DNA of 64,000 nt, from positions 18,929-82,928 of IMG/VR virus record IMGVR_UViG_3300027896_000024. One strand, written 5' to 3'. Origin of the DNA: a virus. A model generated the notes under the pieces. It worked only from the letters and a program-made list of their open reading frames with translations, was not told the DNA's origin and ran no database searches. Below are positions 46,212 through 56,521 of this stretch, piece by piece (the stretch's first letter is position 1; the number at the start of each line of letters is the position of its first letter). A program made the translations under genes and the position numbers.

Positions 46212-47764
46212 AAATAGGTGTATTTACGTACTTTTATCCCGCATGGTGTGAAACGTTCGTCAGGCGCGAGGTAGAGGCGCTGGCAGCAATGGGCAACGAA
46301 GTAATTGTATTTCGGCTGAAAGACCCGCCACCAGGACCGCAGGTAACGTCCCCAGTAAAATCGTACTCAATACCAGAGGCTGAAAATTTCGATCTTGACG
46401 TGCTATATGGATCGTTAGCGTTTCCAGCACACGAAGCGATGTATAACTATGCACTGAAAGCAAACAAGCCTTTCGTATTTCGTCTCTGGTCTGGTTTGGA
46501 CGTGTTCCAGTACCAACGGCCGGCGTTTTATAACAAGGCAACACAGCATCCACTATGCAAGGGCACGATAGTGGAGGACCAGTTCATGGAGGACTATGTC
46601 AAGAAGCATTTGGAAGTTCGTGGTGAGATATTCCAAGTGCCGAACAGTTTGCTTATCTCCAGTTATCCGTTTACACCGTTACCAGAAAAACCAGTAATAC
46701 TGGCAGTGGGCCGTTTTATCGAGAAGAAAGGATTTATATACTTGATAAGAGCGGCGAGGATATTACCTGAGTATCAGTTCATCCTGGTAGGGGACGGGGA
46801 ACTGATGACAACGTTTCGTATGAAGACTAACAGGGCAACAAATATCAGCTTAATAGGAACTGTTGACGAAAACTCGTTGAAGCTGCTGTATCGGGATTGC
46901 TACATGCTTGTGGCTCCGTGTGTCATGGCAAAGGGGGGCGATGCGGATGGTGTCCCGACGGTAGTACTTGAGGCCATGGCTTGCGGGCGTCCTGTAGTAG
47001 GATCGGATTTGTACTCGATGTCGCAATACGTGACATCCGGGGTCACTGGGCAGTTAGTTATGCCTGCGAATACACACGCTTTAGTTAATGCGATCCAGAT
47101 ACTATGCGAGGATCGTATTAATGCACAGGCTATGGGTACTCGGGCTCGGGAATGGGCCGAGAATCGTTTAGATATAAATCACAATATTACGAAAATCTGG
47201 GATATTCTGGCTACTGGCTCTGGTAAGAAGTGGCAAGCGGCTGTTGACATTGTGGAAGCGGGCCGAACTTTGTATGGTACGCCAGAAAGGTTAGCATATT
47301 ATGCGGAAATACATAGGGAAGCGTTTGCCGCAATGTCTTTGCACGGATCTTGCTTAGATATAGGATGCGGTGATGGCCGGCTATCTCCGTATGTGTTAGA
47401 AACAGCTACAGAATACACCGGGGTGGACGTTGTAATACCAGAGTCTTCGGATTTGAATTTAGGTAAGGCCTCGGGGGAGAAACTTCCGTACGAAGATGAG
47501 CAATTCGATTCGGTGTTGGCATATAGTGTTCTCCAGCATGTAGAGCATCCGGAAGTGTTTCTATCGGAAATGCGTCGAGTACTCAAACAAGGAGGCGCTG
47601 CCGGATTCCAAATCTGTTTGGATTCGAATCCTATTTTTATGTGGTTGTGGAACGAGGAAGAGGCAACTGCATTGGTAGCTAAATATTTCCAGATACGTAG
47701 TACACATCTGATAAAGAGGACTTACAGTAAGATACTTGTTATCGATGCGCGGAGGAATCCTTAA
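46208..47764 (+). CDS. GT4 glycosyltransferase fused to SAM methyltransferase
   Basis: VGRFIEKKG, DGVPTVVLEAMACG; LDIGCGDG, LPYEDEQFD, VLQHV. Confidence 0.85.
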   Translation: MKIGVFTYFYPAWCETFVRREVEALAAMGNEVIVFRLKDPPPGPQVTSPVKSYSIPEAENFDLDVLYGSLAFPAHEAMYNYALKANKPFVFRLWSGLDVFQYQRPAFYNKATQHPLCKGTIVEDQFMEDYVKKHLEVRGEIFQVPNSLLISSYPFTPLPEKPVILAVGRFIEKKGFIYLIRAARILPEYQFILVGDGELMTTFRMKTNRATNISLIGTVDENSLKLLYRDCYMLVAPCVMAKGGDADGVPTVVLEAMACGRPVVGSDLYSMSQYVTSGVTGQLVMPANTHALVNAIQILCEDRINAQAMGTRAREWAENRLDINHNITKIWDILATGSGKKWQAAVDIVEAGRTLYGTPERLAYYAEIHREAFAAMSLHGSCLDIGCGDGRLSPYVLETATEYTGVDVVIPESSDLNLGKASGEKLPYEDEQFDSVLAYSVLQHVEHPEVFLSEMRRVLKQGGAAGFQICLDSNPIFMWLWNEEEATALVAKYFQIRSTHLIKRTYSKILVIDARRNP

Positions 47765-48382
47765 ATGCCATACGACACTGTTAGAAAATTCGAGAGGGAA
47801 ATAGCTGCTTGGACAGGGGCAAAGTATGGCATTTCTGTTGAGAGCGGGTCAGCTGCTATTTTCCTGAGTTGTCTCTGGAAACGTATCGGAGAGCACAAGC
47901 TGCCTACAACGATACCTGCGAGGACCTATCCTAGCGTGCCTTGTTCGATTATTCATGCTGGTGGAACGGTCAGTTTTCATGACTACACTTGGGCAGGAGT
48001 GTACGAGCTGTATCCCTGGGCGATATGGGATGCGGCGTTGCGCTTCCGTCCTGGTATGGCTAAGGGAATTGCGGAAGGTCTTTACTGTTTGAGTTTTCAT
48101 GTGAAGAAGCATTTGCCTATTGGGCGTGGTGGAATGATTCTTACAGATGACGAGGATGCGGCTCGTTGGTTAAAGCGGGCTCGTTTTGATGGTAGAGGGG
48201 AGTGCGACTTGTCTGAGGATAATCTCACAATGCTCGGCTGGAACATGTACATGACACCGGAACAGGCGGCTAGAGGGCTGCAACTGTTTTCGATGATTCG
48301 TCATTATTGTCCAAATGACTTGCTTGTGGCAGATCAGGGATATCCGGATCTTAGTCAGTATCCGGTTTACAGAGGAGAATAG
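47765..48382 (+). CDS. DegT/DnrJ-type PLP sugar aminotransferase (short form)
   Basis: FEREIA, SGSAAIFL, WDAA, LSFHVKK..GRGGMI, GWNMYM. Confidence 0.75.
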   Translation: MPYDTVRKFEREIAAWTGAKYGISVESGSAAIFLSCLWKRIGEHKLPTTIPARTYPSVPCSIIHAGGTVSFHDYTWAGVYELYPWAIWDAALRFRPGMAKGIAEGLYCLSFHVKKHLPIGRGGMILTDDEDAARWLKRARFDGRGECDLSEDNLTMLGWNMYMTPEQAARGLQLFSMIRHYCPNDLLVADQGYPDLSQYPVYRGE

Positions 48383-48385
48383 CTC

Positions 48386-49201
48386 GTGTCGGAACCAAAA
48401 GTTTCTATAGGTGTCGCAGTATATAATCGTCCGGAATTAGTCATCCGTACTTTAGATTCAATTATGAACCAGGATTATACCGGACAAATTGAGATTATCA
48501 TAACGGATGATGGTTCGACTGATAACACGCCAGAGGTACTCAAGGCATACGAAAAGTTTCATACCTGTTTTGAGAATCGTGTTATTAAGTATTTCTGGCA
48601 GACTCATGGTGGGATTGCGAAGGCGCACAATAACTTTCTGCGTCAGCGTACTGGAGATATATGTGGGGTTTTGGATTCCGATGACATGTATCGTGCAGCT
48701 TTTGTAACCGAATGCGTTAAAGCACTTATGTGGAATTCCGGTATCGGCCTAGTATATACTGACAATGTCTATGTAGATGGAGATGGTACCGTTCTTAGAG
48801 ACTGCCCTGCTATTGAATGGGACATGACAAGATTTCTCAATACCCGCAATATACGTGGGGATTGCTGGTTAGCCTGGTGGAAGGGCGTATTGGAATTCGC
48901 ACATTACGACGAAACATTCAAATTTGACCTGGATTACGATCTTTATTATCAGATGGCCCAACGAACTAATTTTATGAGGGTTCCTTTACCATTACACGCT
49001 GTTCGTGAGCATGGTGGTCGTTCTACAAGGTATCGTGAGGAGGCAGCGTACTATCATGCGGCAGCCCTTGCAAAATATGGCTTTTCAGTTACTTATGCTT
49101 ACAAGAGGGCTCGGGAATTTGGTATGTTTAACGAATGGCGGGATGCTATTGTGTCAGGATACAAATTTGGGAAGTTACGACGTGCAGAATTACATTTGTA
49201 G
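48386..49201 (+). CDS. GT2 glycosyltransferase
   Basis: VSIGVAVYN, DDGSTD, LDSDD, DYDL. Confidence 0.88.
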   Translation: MSEPKVSIGVAVYNRPELVIRTLDSIMNQDYTGQIEIIITDDGSTDNTPEVLKAYEKFHTCFENRVIKYFWQTHGGIAKAHNNFLRQRTGDICGVLDSDDMYRAAFVTECVKALMWNSGIGLVYTDNVYVDGDGTVLRDCPAIEWDMTRFLNTRNIRGDCWLAWWKGVLEFAHYDETFKFDLDYDLYYQMAQRTNFMRVPLPLHAVREHGGRSTRYREEAAYYHAAALAKYGFSVTYAYKRAREFGMFNEWRDAIVSGYKFGKLRRAELHL

Positions 49202-49211
49202 AAAATACTAG

Positions 49212-49239
49212 TTGAATTTGGCCGTCAGTCGCCTATAAT
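49212..49239 (+). promoter_or_regulatory. sigma70-like promoter before scaffold/capsid
   Basis: TTGAAT, 16-nt spacer, TATAAT. Confidence 0.5.
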
Positions 49240-49276
49240 CGCCTTCTGATCAAGTTGTATATTCGCGGGAGGCGAA

Positions 49277-50101
49277 ATGGCAAAGTTAGGCAAAGGTGTT
49301 TTAACCAAGGAAGAACTCGAACAGGTTCCGGAGAACTTGCGAGAGCTTTATGTCGAGAAGGACGGGAAATTCGTTCTCGATATAGAGAATGTGGACGACT
49401 TGCCCCAGGTGGGTGGTCTGAAGTCCGCATTGCAGAAGGAAAGAGACAACGTCAAGAAGCTCAAGGGCGATCTCCAGGCTACCATCGACAAGTACAAAGA
49501 CATCGACCCCGACAAGGCCCGTGAAGCAGCCAAGAAGCTAGCAGAGCTTGAGGACAAACAGCTGCTGGACGCCGGCAAGGTTGACGATGTGGTTGCCAAG
49601 CGTACGGAACGTATGCAGGCAGACCATCAGACCCAGATTCAGAAATTCCAGGAAAAGCTAACCACGACAGAGACAGAGCTGAACCAGACTCGTTCTACTC
49701 TGGCGCAGGTTCAGATCGAACGAGCCATCACGACTGTCATTATTTCCAAGACAGGCGAGGCGCTTGGAGTAGTTCCGCAAGCAATCCCCGACATTCAACG
49801 CCGAGCCAGGGAAATCTTTCAGCCCGATAGTAAGACAGGGGCGATCATTCCCCGGCGCGCCGATGGTTCTATCATTTACGGAAAGGATCCGACTCAGCCA
49901 ATGTCGATGGAAGAATGGCTCACGTCTTTACGGCCGGATTGTCCTCATTACTTCAAAACGTCTGGTGGAGCGGGTGGTGGTAGTAACGATGGCGGGGGAA
50001 CCGCTATCCCGAAGAAAAAGCGTTCCGAAATGTCGCAGGCCGAGAAAGCGGCATTTATCGGGAAGCACGGGCAGGACGAGTTCTTTAAACTGCCTGCGTA
50101 G
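49277..50101 (+). CDS. capsid scaffolding protein
   Basis: coiled coil, GLKSALQKER, Gly-rich linker, C-terminal SEMSQAEKAAFI; precedes the capsid gene. Confidence 0.75.
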   Translation: MAKLGKGVLTKEELEQVPENLRELYVEKDGKFVLDIENVDDLPQVGGLKSALQKERDNVKKLKGDLQATIDKYKDIDPDKAREAAKKLAELEDKQLLDAGKVDDVVAKRTERMQADHQTQIQKFQEKLTTTETELNQTRSTLAQVQIERAITTVIISKTGEALGVVPQAIPDIQRRAREIFQPDSKTGAIIPRRADGSIIYGKDPTQPMSMEEWLTSLRPDCPHYFKTSGGAGGGSNDGGGTAIPKKKRSEMSQAEKAAFIGKHGQDEFFKLPA

Positions 50102-50183
50102 TTCGTCAGATTCAAAGGCGGATCGTGGCGGGAGGCCAACGTTCTTAGTCAACAAACCAAGCAGTATAAGTCAGGAGTCACAT

Positions 50184-51209
50184 ATGAACGGAAAGAACGG
50201 AACAGTCATCCTGGCCCTGGTCGCGGCCGCTCGCGGTGGTGCAGGAACCAAGGCTGACTTTGTCATTTACGACGAGGAGTTCTTCGGCGGTATGACAGAA
50301 GTCCTCATGCAGAACTCGGATGCTTTTAACGGCGCGTCGAGGAACACGATTCGACTCGTGCCGAAACGGCTGAAGGGTGATTACGAAAAGGAATCGTTCG
50401 TCAAGGAGATTTCGGGTCTGATCTCCAGGCGCGACGTCGAAAGCGTCGAGGACGCGGACGATCTCAAGTTGGAACAGGGCGAACTGATTGGGGTGAAGAT
50501 CAACAGGAAGATCGGACCTGTCGCGCAGTCGCGTGACGCCTTCCGGAAGATCGCCGAAGATCCCCAGTTGTTCTCGTTCCTGCTCGGGCAGCAGTGGGGT
50601 GTTGCGGTGGCGGTGGATTACATCAACAGTGCGATCCGGGCCGTTGCAGCCGCCCTGTCTGGCATTTCCGATGTCGCTCTCACTGACTACAGTGGAGAGA
50701 CTCTCATTCACACGTATTTGGCAGAAGCTCTCGCCAAGTTCGGAGATAACTCGAAGAACATCCTTTGCTGGGTCATGCACTCCAAGGTATGGTATGATCT
50801 GGTGAAGCAGTCCATCACCGACAAGATCACTAACGTCGCTGACGTCACGATTATTCAGGGTACCGCAGCTACTCTCGGCCGACCGGCAGTTATTATTGAC
50901 AGCCCGTCGCTGGTGATTGCTGGTACGCCGAGTCAGTACGTGACTCTGGGACTGGTCCAGGATGCCGTGGTTGTCGACGAATCTGAGGAACGGGATATCG
51001 TGTCCGACGTCATTACCGGTAAGGAGAATATCCTCATGCGGCTGCAGGGTGAGTACGCGTATAACCTGAAGGTCAAAGGGTTTGCGTGGAACACGGCGGC
51101 CGGTGGTGGGTTGAATCCTTCCGATAGTGCAGTAGCCACCGATGAGAACTGGGTCCAGAAAGCGGCCAGTCACAAGTCGTTGGCGGGTGTATACCTGCTC
51201 ACCGAATAA
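50184..51209 (+). CDS. major capsid protein
   Basis: ~340 aa after scaffold; WVMHSKVWYDL, LGRPAVIIDSP; followed by a terminator. Confidence 0.85.
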   Translation: MNGKNGTVILALVAAARGGAGTKADFVIYDEEFFGGMTEVLMQNSDAFNGASRNTIRLVPKRLKGDYEKESFVKEISGLISRRDVESVEDADDLKLEQGELIGVKINRKIGPVAQSRDAFRKIAEDPQLFSFLLGQQWGVAVAVDYINSAIRAVAAALSGISDVALTDYSGETLIHTYLAEALAKFGDNSKNILCWVMHSKVWYDLVKQSITDKITNVADVTIIQGTAATLGRPAVIIDSPSLVIAGTPSQYVTLGLVQDAVVVDESEERDIVSDVITGKENILMRLQGEYAYNLKVKGFAWNTAAGGGLNPSDSAVATDENWVQKAASHKSLAGVYLLTE

Positions 51210-51278
51210 CCTGTAAAGGTTGAGCCCGGTAGCACCTGTGCGGCGGATCCGGCTACCAAGTGCGTAACCGTATAGGTC

Positions 51279-51317
51279 AGGGGCATACCGGAGAGATTCG
51301 GGTGCCCCTATTTTTTT
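51279..51317 (+). terminator. intrinsic terminator after capsid
   Basis: AGGGGCA..CCG/CGG..TGCCCCT followed by ATTTTTTT. Confidence 0.7.
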
Positions 51318-51331
51318 AACCGGAGGATATA

Positions 51332-51724
51332 ATGCTACAGGTAGTCGACGTTCCGAAGATATTGATATTTTCAGCGAATCACAACAAGCCGCTGCGCTAT
51401 GAACTGCGGACGTACGCGGAGAAGAAGTACCCGGGTGCGATGATATTCGCAAGGGCGAATGTGGCAGTACTTGCCGCGGACCTGGAAAAAGCGGACGTAA
51501 TCATCGCAACCAAGGCGGACGCCGCAATTTTGGACATGTACAAAGCCAAGGGATTCAAGGTGGATCTTTACAAACCACCGGAAGCCCAGCCGTCACCGAT
51601 TCCGGTCAAGCAAGCGGAAGTTCCTGAGGCCCCAAAAGCTCCGGAGGAACAGCCCAAGGCGGCCGCTTCTGAACCGGCCCCGGTGCCCAAAATAAAGAAG
51701 ATAAAGAAACCGCCCAGGGAGTAA
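51332..51724 (+). CDS. hypothetical virion protein
   Basis: GGAGG RBS; Pro/Lys-rich tail. Confidence 0.6.
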   Translation: MLQVVDVPKILIFSANHNKPLRYELRTYAEKKYPGAMIFARANVAVLAADLEKADVIIATKADAAILDMYKAKGFKVDLYKPPEAQPSPIPVKQAEVPEAPKAPEEQPKAAASEPAPVPKIKKIKKPPRE

Positions 51725-51727
51725 ACC

Positions 51728-52255
51728 ATGGCACTGGAAATCAACGCCCTAGTGGGCGATCCCGATGCAAACAGTTACATAGATCTCGAAGAGGCTGAGG
51801 AGTATTTCGAGTCTAGGTCGCCAGAGGCTCCGAATTGGGCAGCCGAGGAAGAGGGTGTCGATACTAACAAGATTCGAGCCCTGGTAACGGCTACCCGGTT
51901 ATTGGATGCGGAGATTGACTGGGATGGAACGATTACTTATCCCGATCAAAAACTCCGGTGGCCTCGTATCGAGTTATATGACGCCGAGGATCGGGAGATT
52001 CCGGGCGACGAGATTCCCGACGAGGTCAAATGGGCTGTTTGCGAATACGCGGAAGTCCTACTGGCAACGGACAAGACCGAGGACATGTCGTCCGCGGGTA
52101 TATCATCTTTGCAGGCGGGTTCGATCAGTATCAATTTCAGTCAGAGCCAGCCTCCGAAGCGAGTAGTATTACCCGATTACGTTTGGGACCTGGTTCGGCG
52201 ATGGGGACAACGTCGGGACGCGTCTCAGGGTAGCGCCAGATTAGTCAGAGGATAA
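51728..52255 (+). CDS. head-tail adaptor (DnaT-like)
   Basis: ANSYIDLEEAEEYF, QKLRWPR, IPDEVKWAVCEYA. Confidence 0.75.
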   Translation: MALEINALVGDPDANSYIDLEEAEEYFESRSPEAPNWAAEEEGVDTNKIRALVTATRLLDAEIDWDGTITYPDQKLRWPRIELYDAEDREIPGDEIPDEVKWAVCEYAEVLLATDKTEDMSSAGISSLQAGSISINFSQSQPPKRVVLPDYVWDLVRRWGQRRDASQGSARLVRG

Positions 52256-52256
52256 T

Positions 52257-52628
52257 ATGGCAGGCTTAGCTTCGGTTATCAAGAAAGCTATTCAAACGGC
52301 AAAGAAGGCGACCAAGGATCTGCAAATCACTATCACGCTGGAACATTGCAACGGCGATGAGAAGGAAGATGAGAAGATCGTTGGTCGCCGGACTTACGAC
52401 TCGCCGGGAGTTCAATACAGGGTTGTAGTTGACAACAAGACCCGATATGTCAGTATGGACAACGGTATTCAGGGTGTTGAGATATCGGGTATTCAGTTTC
52501 TCGACCCTGTAATGATTACGGTTCGAGATCGGATCACATTACCAAACGGAAAACAGCCTCAGATCATGTCGATTGAAGGCGTGCTGAATCCGGACGGCGT
52601 TTATTACGCCCCTAAGGTGATTTTCTAA
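52257..52628 (+). CDS. head closure protein
   Basis: position and size. Confidence 0.5.
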   Translation: MAGLASVIKKAIQTAKKATKDLQITITLEHCNGDEKEDEKIVGRRTYDSPGVQYRVVVDNKTRYVSMDNGIQGVEISGIQFLDPVMITVRDRITLPNGKQPQIMSIEGVLNPDGVYYAPKVIF

Positions 52629-53137
52629 TGCCTACTGTAAAAGACGTACTGGCACAGGGGTTTAGGCAGTGGTACACCGAAGGGAAAGAGTATTGCATCG
52701 GGGTTATCCGGAGAAACTGGCTACAGGGTCCCAGGCCTCAAAGGCTGGGCGTGGTAAGTGGTAATCTCCGGAATCGAGTTTGGGGCAAGGTGCTTTCAAA
52801 CGGTTTTGCCGTCGGAACCAACGTCCTGTATGGCATTATGTGGGAGTTGGGTATTAAAGCCCACGAGGTTGTAGCTAAGCGGGCGAAAGTACTTGCGATC
52901 CCCGTGAAGCTAGTGAAAGGGACGTCGAAATCAGGCGCCAAGAAGATGGGCGTACTGAAAACCGGAAAAGGCAAAGGTCTTATATTTCGCAAGCGGGTTT
53001 GGATTCCGAAACAAGAACCTCGTAAGTGGCTGGAACCTGGAATGCGGGAAGCATTGCCTCAGGTTCAGAAGATGGGCGTCGGTATTTTGATGCGGTCTAT
53101 CCAGAACGCAATACCTAACAGGAAAGTGTCCTACTAA
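52628..53137 (+). CDS. neck/tail-completion protein (HK97 gp10-like)
   Basis: SGNLRN..VGTNVLYG..ELG, PRKWLEP. Confidence 0.6.
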   Translation: MPTVKDVLAQGFRQWYTEGKEYCIGVIRRNWLQGPRPQRLGVVSGNLRNRVWGKVLSNGFAVGTNVLYGIMWELGIKAHEVVAKRAKVLAIPVKLVKGTSKSGAKKMGVLKTGKGKGLIFRKRVWIPKQEPRKWLEPGMREALPQVQKMGVGILMRSIQNAIPNRKVSY

Positions 53138-53138
53138 T

Positions 53139-53600
53139 ATGGCCGTCACACTGGAATCGGCATTCGAGAATTTACGAGCAGCCTTTAATACGGCATTAGT
53201 GACTACGGACGAACAAAATCCGAAGTCACTAAGCAACATGATTTCCAATACTCCAAAACACCCGGAGCATGTGGAAGAGGACGACGAGTTTCCGTATGCG
53301 TGTATGATATATTCCGGCGAGAAGCCGGAGTATGAGGGTTCAGACATGCTATGGATCCAGCCCAGCCGAGAAATGGCAGCCATCCAGATGTGGTTAGCGG
53401 TGGCGCCTTCGGAATCGGATGCACTTTCGGTGGATCTGATGAAGCTGGTAAAAGTGGTTCGCGATGTTGTTAAAGCTACCACGAGGAAAGCACAGTCAAA
53501 CGGATTCAGAGTCCGCGTTGACAGTGTAGAAACTGAGTATGAGCCATCGGGAAGATGGGGGCTTGCGGTAGTCACCGTGACTATCGGGGCGTATGACTAG
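53139..53600 (+). CDS. tail terminator
   Basis: position before the tail tube; FPYACM. Confidence 0.5.
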   Translation: MAVTLESAFENLRAAFNTALVTTDEQNPKSLSNMISNTPKHPEHVEEDDEFPYACMIYSGEKPEYEGSDMLWIQPSREMAAIQMWLAVAPSESDALSVDLMKLVKVVRDVVKATTRKAQSNGFRVRVDSVETEYEPSGRWGLAVVTVTIGAYD

Positions 53601-53639
53601 TTAACCTGGCCGATCAGCGGCCTGAATTCAGGAGACAGT

Positions 53640-54674
53640 ATGCGAGGGATTGACTTACAGATGGCGTTCAGCCTAAACAAACAGGCTGATATGAAAACCG
53701 CGATGGCGGCCGCATCGATCGACCGTTGTCTGCCGTATCGCGCCTTCGTCCCGTCGACGCAAGAATTTCCCGATGCGATCAGTGACGCACCCTGGTATGG
53801 CAAAGGAAATTCTTATGCGTCTTTCTGGGACCCGATCACCAAACAAGTGATGCTGCCCAGTAGGGAGTTTTCACTTTCGAATTTGTCGGCTCTGTTCGCG
53901 CCGGCAATGGTCATGGGCAAGGTGGAAGCGGCAACACCGGGTTCGGGTGCTGGGGTGTATAAGCACCGGTTTACTTTCCAGGATCCGTTGGCGTCCCCGG
54001 AACCGATTTACACGGCCATGATCGAGAAGATGGGCAGTATTTACCAGCGTTTGATCAGCGGCGCCGTCATCGAGCAGTTTACTCTCACGGGCGTCAGGAC
54101 GGACCATGTCACAATCGCCTGGCAGGGTTTCGCGCGCAAGATGGTGACCGATGCGACCGCACTCCCGGAGATTCCGGACTGTTCGTTTTTCAAGACCATC
54201 AAGGGGACGTTCAATTTCGGTGCTACCGGGGCCGCTGCGAACGTGTCGGCCCAGTTGGTAAGCTGGAACCTGACCGTGAACCAGAACCCGTCGAAGTGGT
54301 GGATGCCCGGTAATGCGGCCGGCGAAGAGAACCTGCTCACAAAGTGCAAGATCGGGAAGCAGTCGGCTATCGGTCAGATCGTGATCTTACTCGAAGACGC
54401 CAATCAGAAGACGTTGTTCGAGAATAACTCCGAATGCGAACTCACTATCCTACTGGTGGGCGACAAGATCGGAGCCACCGATACCAAGTATCAGGTGGAG
54501 ATCAACATTCCGCACTTGAAGATCCCCAGTGAGGCGTTCGGTGAGGAGCAGGAGCAGGTTACGTACACGATTCCGTTCACGGAGAACACGATTCTCAAGG
54601 ATCCCGATGACGACTATCTGTCCATCGAGGTTCAGTGCGACGAGAACGACGCCAAGTTGCTGGTTGCGGCGTAG
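53640..54674 (+). CDS. major tail (tube) protein
   Basis: 344 aa, beta-rich, YKHRFT; upstream of the chaperone and tape measure. Confidence 0.7.
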   Translation: MRGIDLQMAFSLNKQADMKTAMAAASIDRCLPYRAFVPSTQEFPDAISDAPWYGKGNSYASFWDPITKQVMLPSREFSLSNLSALFAPAMVMGKVEAATPGSGAGVYKHRFTFQDPLASPEPIYTAMIEKMGSIYQRLISGAVIEQFTLTGVRTDHVTIAWQGFARKMVTDATALPEIPDCSFFKTIKGTFNFGATGAAANVSAQLVSWNLTVNQNPSKWWMPGNAAGEENLLTKCKIGKQSAIGQIVILLEDANQKTLFENNSECELTILLVGDKIGATDTKYQVEINIPHLKIPSEAFGEEQEQVTYTIPFTENTILKDPDDDYLSIEVQCDENDAKLLVAA

Positions 54675-54685
54675 CGGAGTCGGTC

Positions 54686-55327
54686 ATGATTGGAGTAGCA
54701 AGACCGACAAGGGGTTTGGAGTTCGCGGAATCGGCTCAGTCTATCGAGCGTAACCTAAGGGGTGTTCCTCATATAATAGAGCGCACTTGGGACCAGCCGC
54801 TTCCGGATTCTTTTAACTACCTGTCGGACTTGCTGCTCGCAGAACCGGATGTAACCGACATTCTGTTCGTGGAAGAAGATGTGGTAGTGCCTCAGGGTGG
54901 TGTTGAGGCACTTCGGTCTGTAAACGCAGATATTGTTTCTCTTAATTATCCTTTAAAACCATCCGGCAGAATATCTGTAATGCGCGATCAGGACAAGAAT
55001 CTGCTGTGGGTGTCATTGGGCTGTACCTTGATAAAACGGCGAGTATTCGATGGTATGCAGCGTCCCTGGTTCAGAACGGCTCACACTATCGGATCAGTGC
55101 ATGAGGGGAGCTCGTGTAAGAAAAGGACGTACAGACTGGTTGCGAGTCCGTCATTTCCGTATGGTGGACAGGATGCTTACTTTTGTTGGAATGCAAAGGA
55201 AGCAGGATTCGGGCTAGATGTCGTCAATAACTTGATGGCTGATCATTTGGTGCTAGTGGCGCTGGGTGCGCCGACAACAAATGACGGTTGTCACCAGATC
55301 CGTCGGGTATGTCCGACAGGGAGTTAA
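54686..55327 (+). CDS. GT-A-like glycosyltransferase (paralog of 44076-44705)
   Basis: RPTRG, FVEED, SLGCTLIKR, PWF, GGQD. Confidence 0.65.
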   Translation: MIGVARPTRGLEFAESAQSIERNLRGVPHIIERTWDQPLPDSFNYLSDLLLAEPDVTDILFVEEDVVVPQGGVEALRSVNADIVSLNYPLKPSGRISVMRDQDKNLLWVSLGCTLIKRRVFDGMQRPWFRTAHTIGSVHEGSSCKKRTYRLVASPSFPYGGQDAYFCWNAKEAGFGLDVVNNLMADHLVLVALGAPTTNDGCHQIRRVCPTGS

Positions 55328-55330
55328 ACA

Positions 55331-56116
55331 ATGGAAACGATGAAAGAGGAAACACCAGTACCGGTGTATGAACTAACAGCAGAGACGATCGGATTCTTGT
55401 TTCGTATTCGTCACGACTCCGGCAAACCGTTTGCCGTTCATACCAAGATGAAACCTTACGACAATCGGGTCATGATCCAGTTGTTGAAGGAGCGGGCCGG
55501 CTTTATGCAACAGGCGAAGGACGACTTCGACGCCTGGGACGTGAAGGACGGTAGCGTGGTTGCCGGTCGTGAGTTTTTCGATGCGCACAAAGTTGAGGTG
55601 TCTCTGAACGGAACCGTTCTCACGGACGAGCAGTTTGAAAAGCTCGATGCCCGATACAACATTCGGGATGCTACCATCGAGCACGGATATAACGGAATCC
55701 ACCGGGTGCTGGCCGATCCTGAAGAAGAACTTAAGAAATTGGACGTCGATGACATCCTGGGAGATACTACAATCCGGATGAACTTTTCCCTGACCGACGA
55801 AAAGGGCCAGGAACAGACCGTTATCATCGAACACGCCTTTGACTACCCGAATGCGATGGATTCTCTCGCTTATGAGAGAGCCCAAATACAGCAAGGCCTT
55901 CGCGCAGGAGGGTTTAGGGTCGCTTATAACCACGAAGCCCTGAATACTCTATACAATAAGAAGATTCAGGCCGTCCTAGGTCTGGTAATCAACGGCCAGC
56001 CTTGTACGAAGGCCAACAAGGACGAATGGGTCGATCTGGTTCCCTATTTGATGAAGCGCGCGGCTCTGAACTTCATGTTCACCAGGGCCGAGAGGGCTAC
56101 AAGGGGAAACGGATAA
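55331..56116 (+). CDS. tail assembly chaperone (gpG-like)
   Basis: precedes the tape measure; ends at a slippery site. Confidence 0.7.
   Translation: METMKEETPVPVYELTAETIGFLFRIRHDSGKPFAVHTKMKPYDNRVMIQLLKERAGFMQQAKDDFDAWDVKDGSVVAGREFFDAHKVEVSLNGTVLTDEQFEKLDARYNIRDATIEHGYNGIHRVLADPEEELKKLDVDDILGDTTIRMNFSLTDEKGQEQTVIIEHAFDYPNAMDSLAYERAQIQQGLRAGGFRVAYNHEALNTLYNKKIQAVLGLVINGQPCTKANKDEWVDLVPYLMKRAALNFMFTRAERATRGNG
56104..56110 (+). other. -1 programmed frameshift slippery heptamer G GGA AAC
   Basis: XXXYYYZ in phase just before the stop; -1 frame open to 56517. Confidence 0.75.
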
Positions 56117-56517
56117 CGCTGGAGGGCTTTAGGGCCGCCCTCCGGGTACATCTGGCAGGAGGCTCTGCGGGATGCGAGCACGAACCGAATTGGCGTCAGC
56201 TATTTTCGGTGGTCGCCAGACCAGACGACTCAGCATCGAGGCGCAAATGGGCCGCAAAGTCAATCAAGGAATTGCGGCCTACTTGCCCTAAGTTGCAAAT
56301 GAATCCAACAGCTTGTTATGGTTGCCCTTCGAACCCGATAAAGGACGATCCCGATTTGGACCGGGGAGCGTACCAGATGTACTCGGGACTAATAGAAACG
56401 ATCGGAAAGTTAGTCGATGCTGTTAGGTTCGGCTTCGTGCCGGCTGATTCGATTACGCGATTAGAGTTTTCTCTAATACGCATATACGATAAATCAGTAA
56501 ACTCGCGAAGGTGGTAA
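56110..56517 (+). CDS. frameshifted chaperone extension (gpT-like)
   Basis: -1 frame ORF with no credible start or RBS of its own. Confidence 0.65.
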   Translation, partial: RITLEGFRAALRVHLAGGSAGCEHEPNWRQLFSVVARPDDSASRRKWAAKSIKELRPTCPKLQMNPTACYGCPSNPIKDDPDLDRGAYQMYSGLIETIGKLVDAVRFGFVPADSITRLEFSLIRIYDKSVNSRRW

Positions 56518-56521
56518 TTAT

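Noticed and set aside
42806-51452. Long minus-strand ORFs 42806-43660 and 50178-51452
   Set aside because: They are antisense shadows of the MuF and capsid genes and have no motifs.
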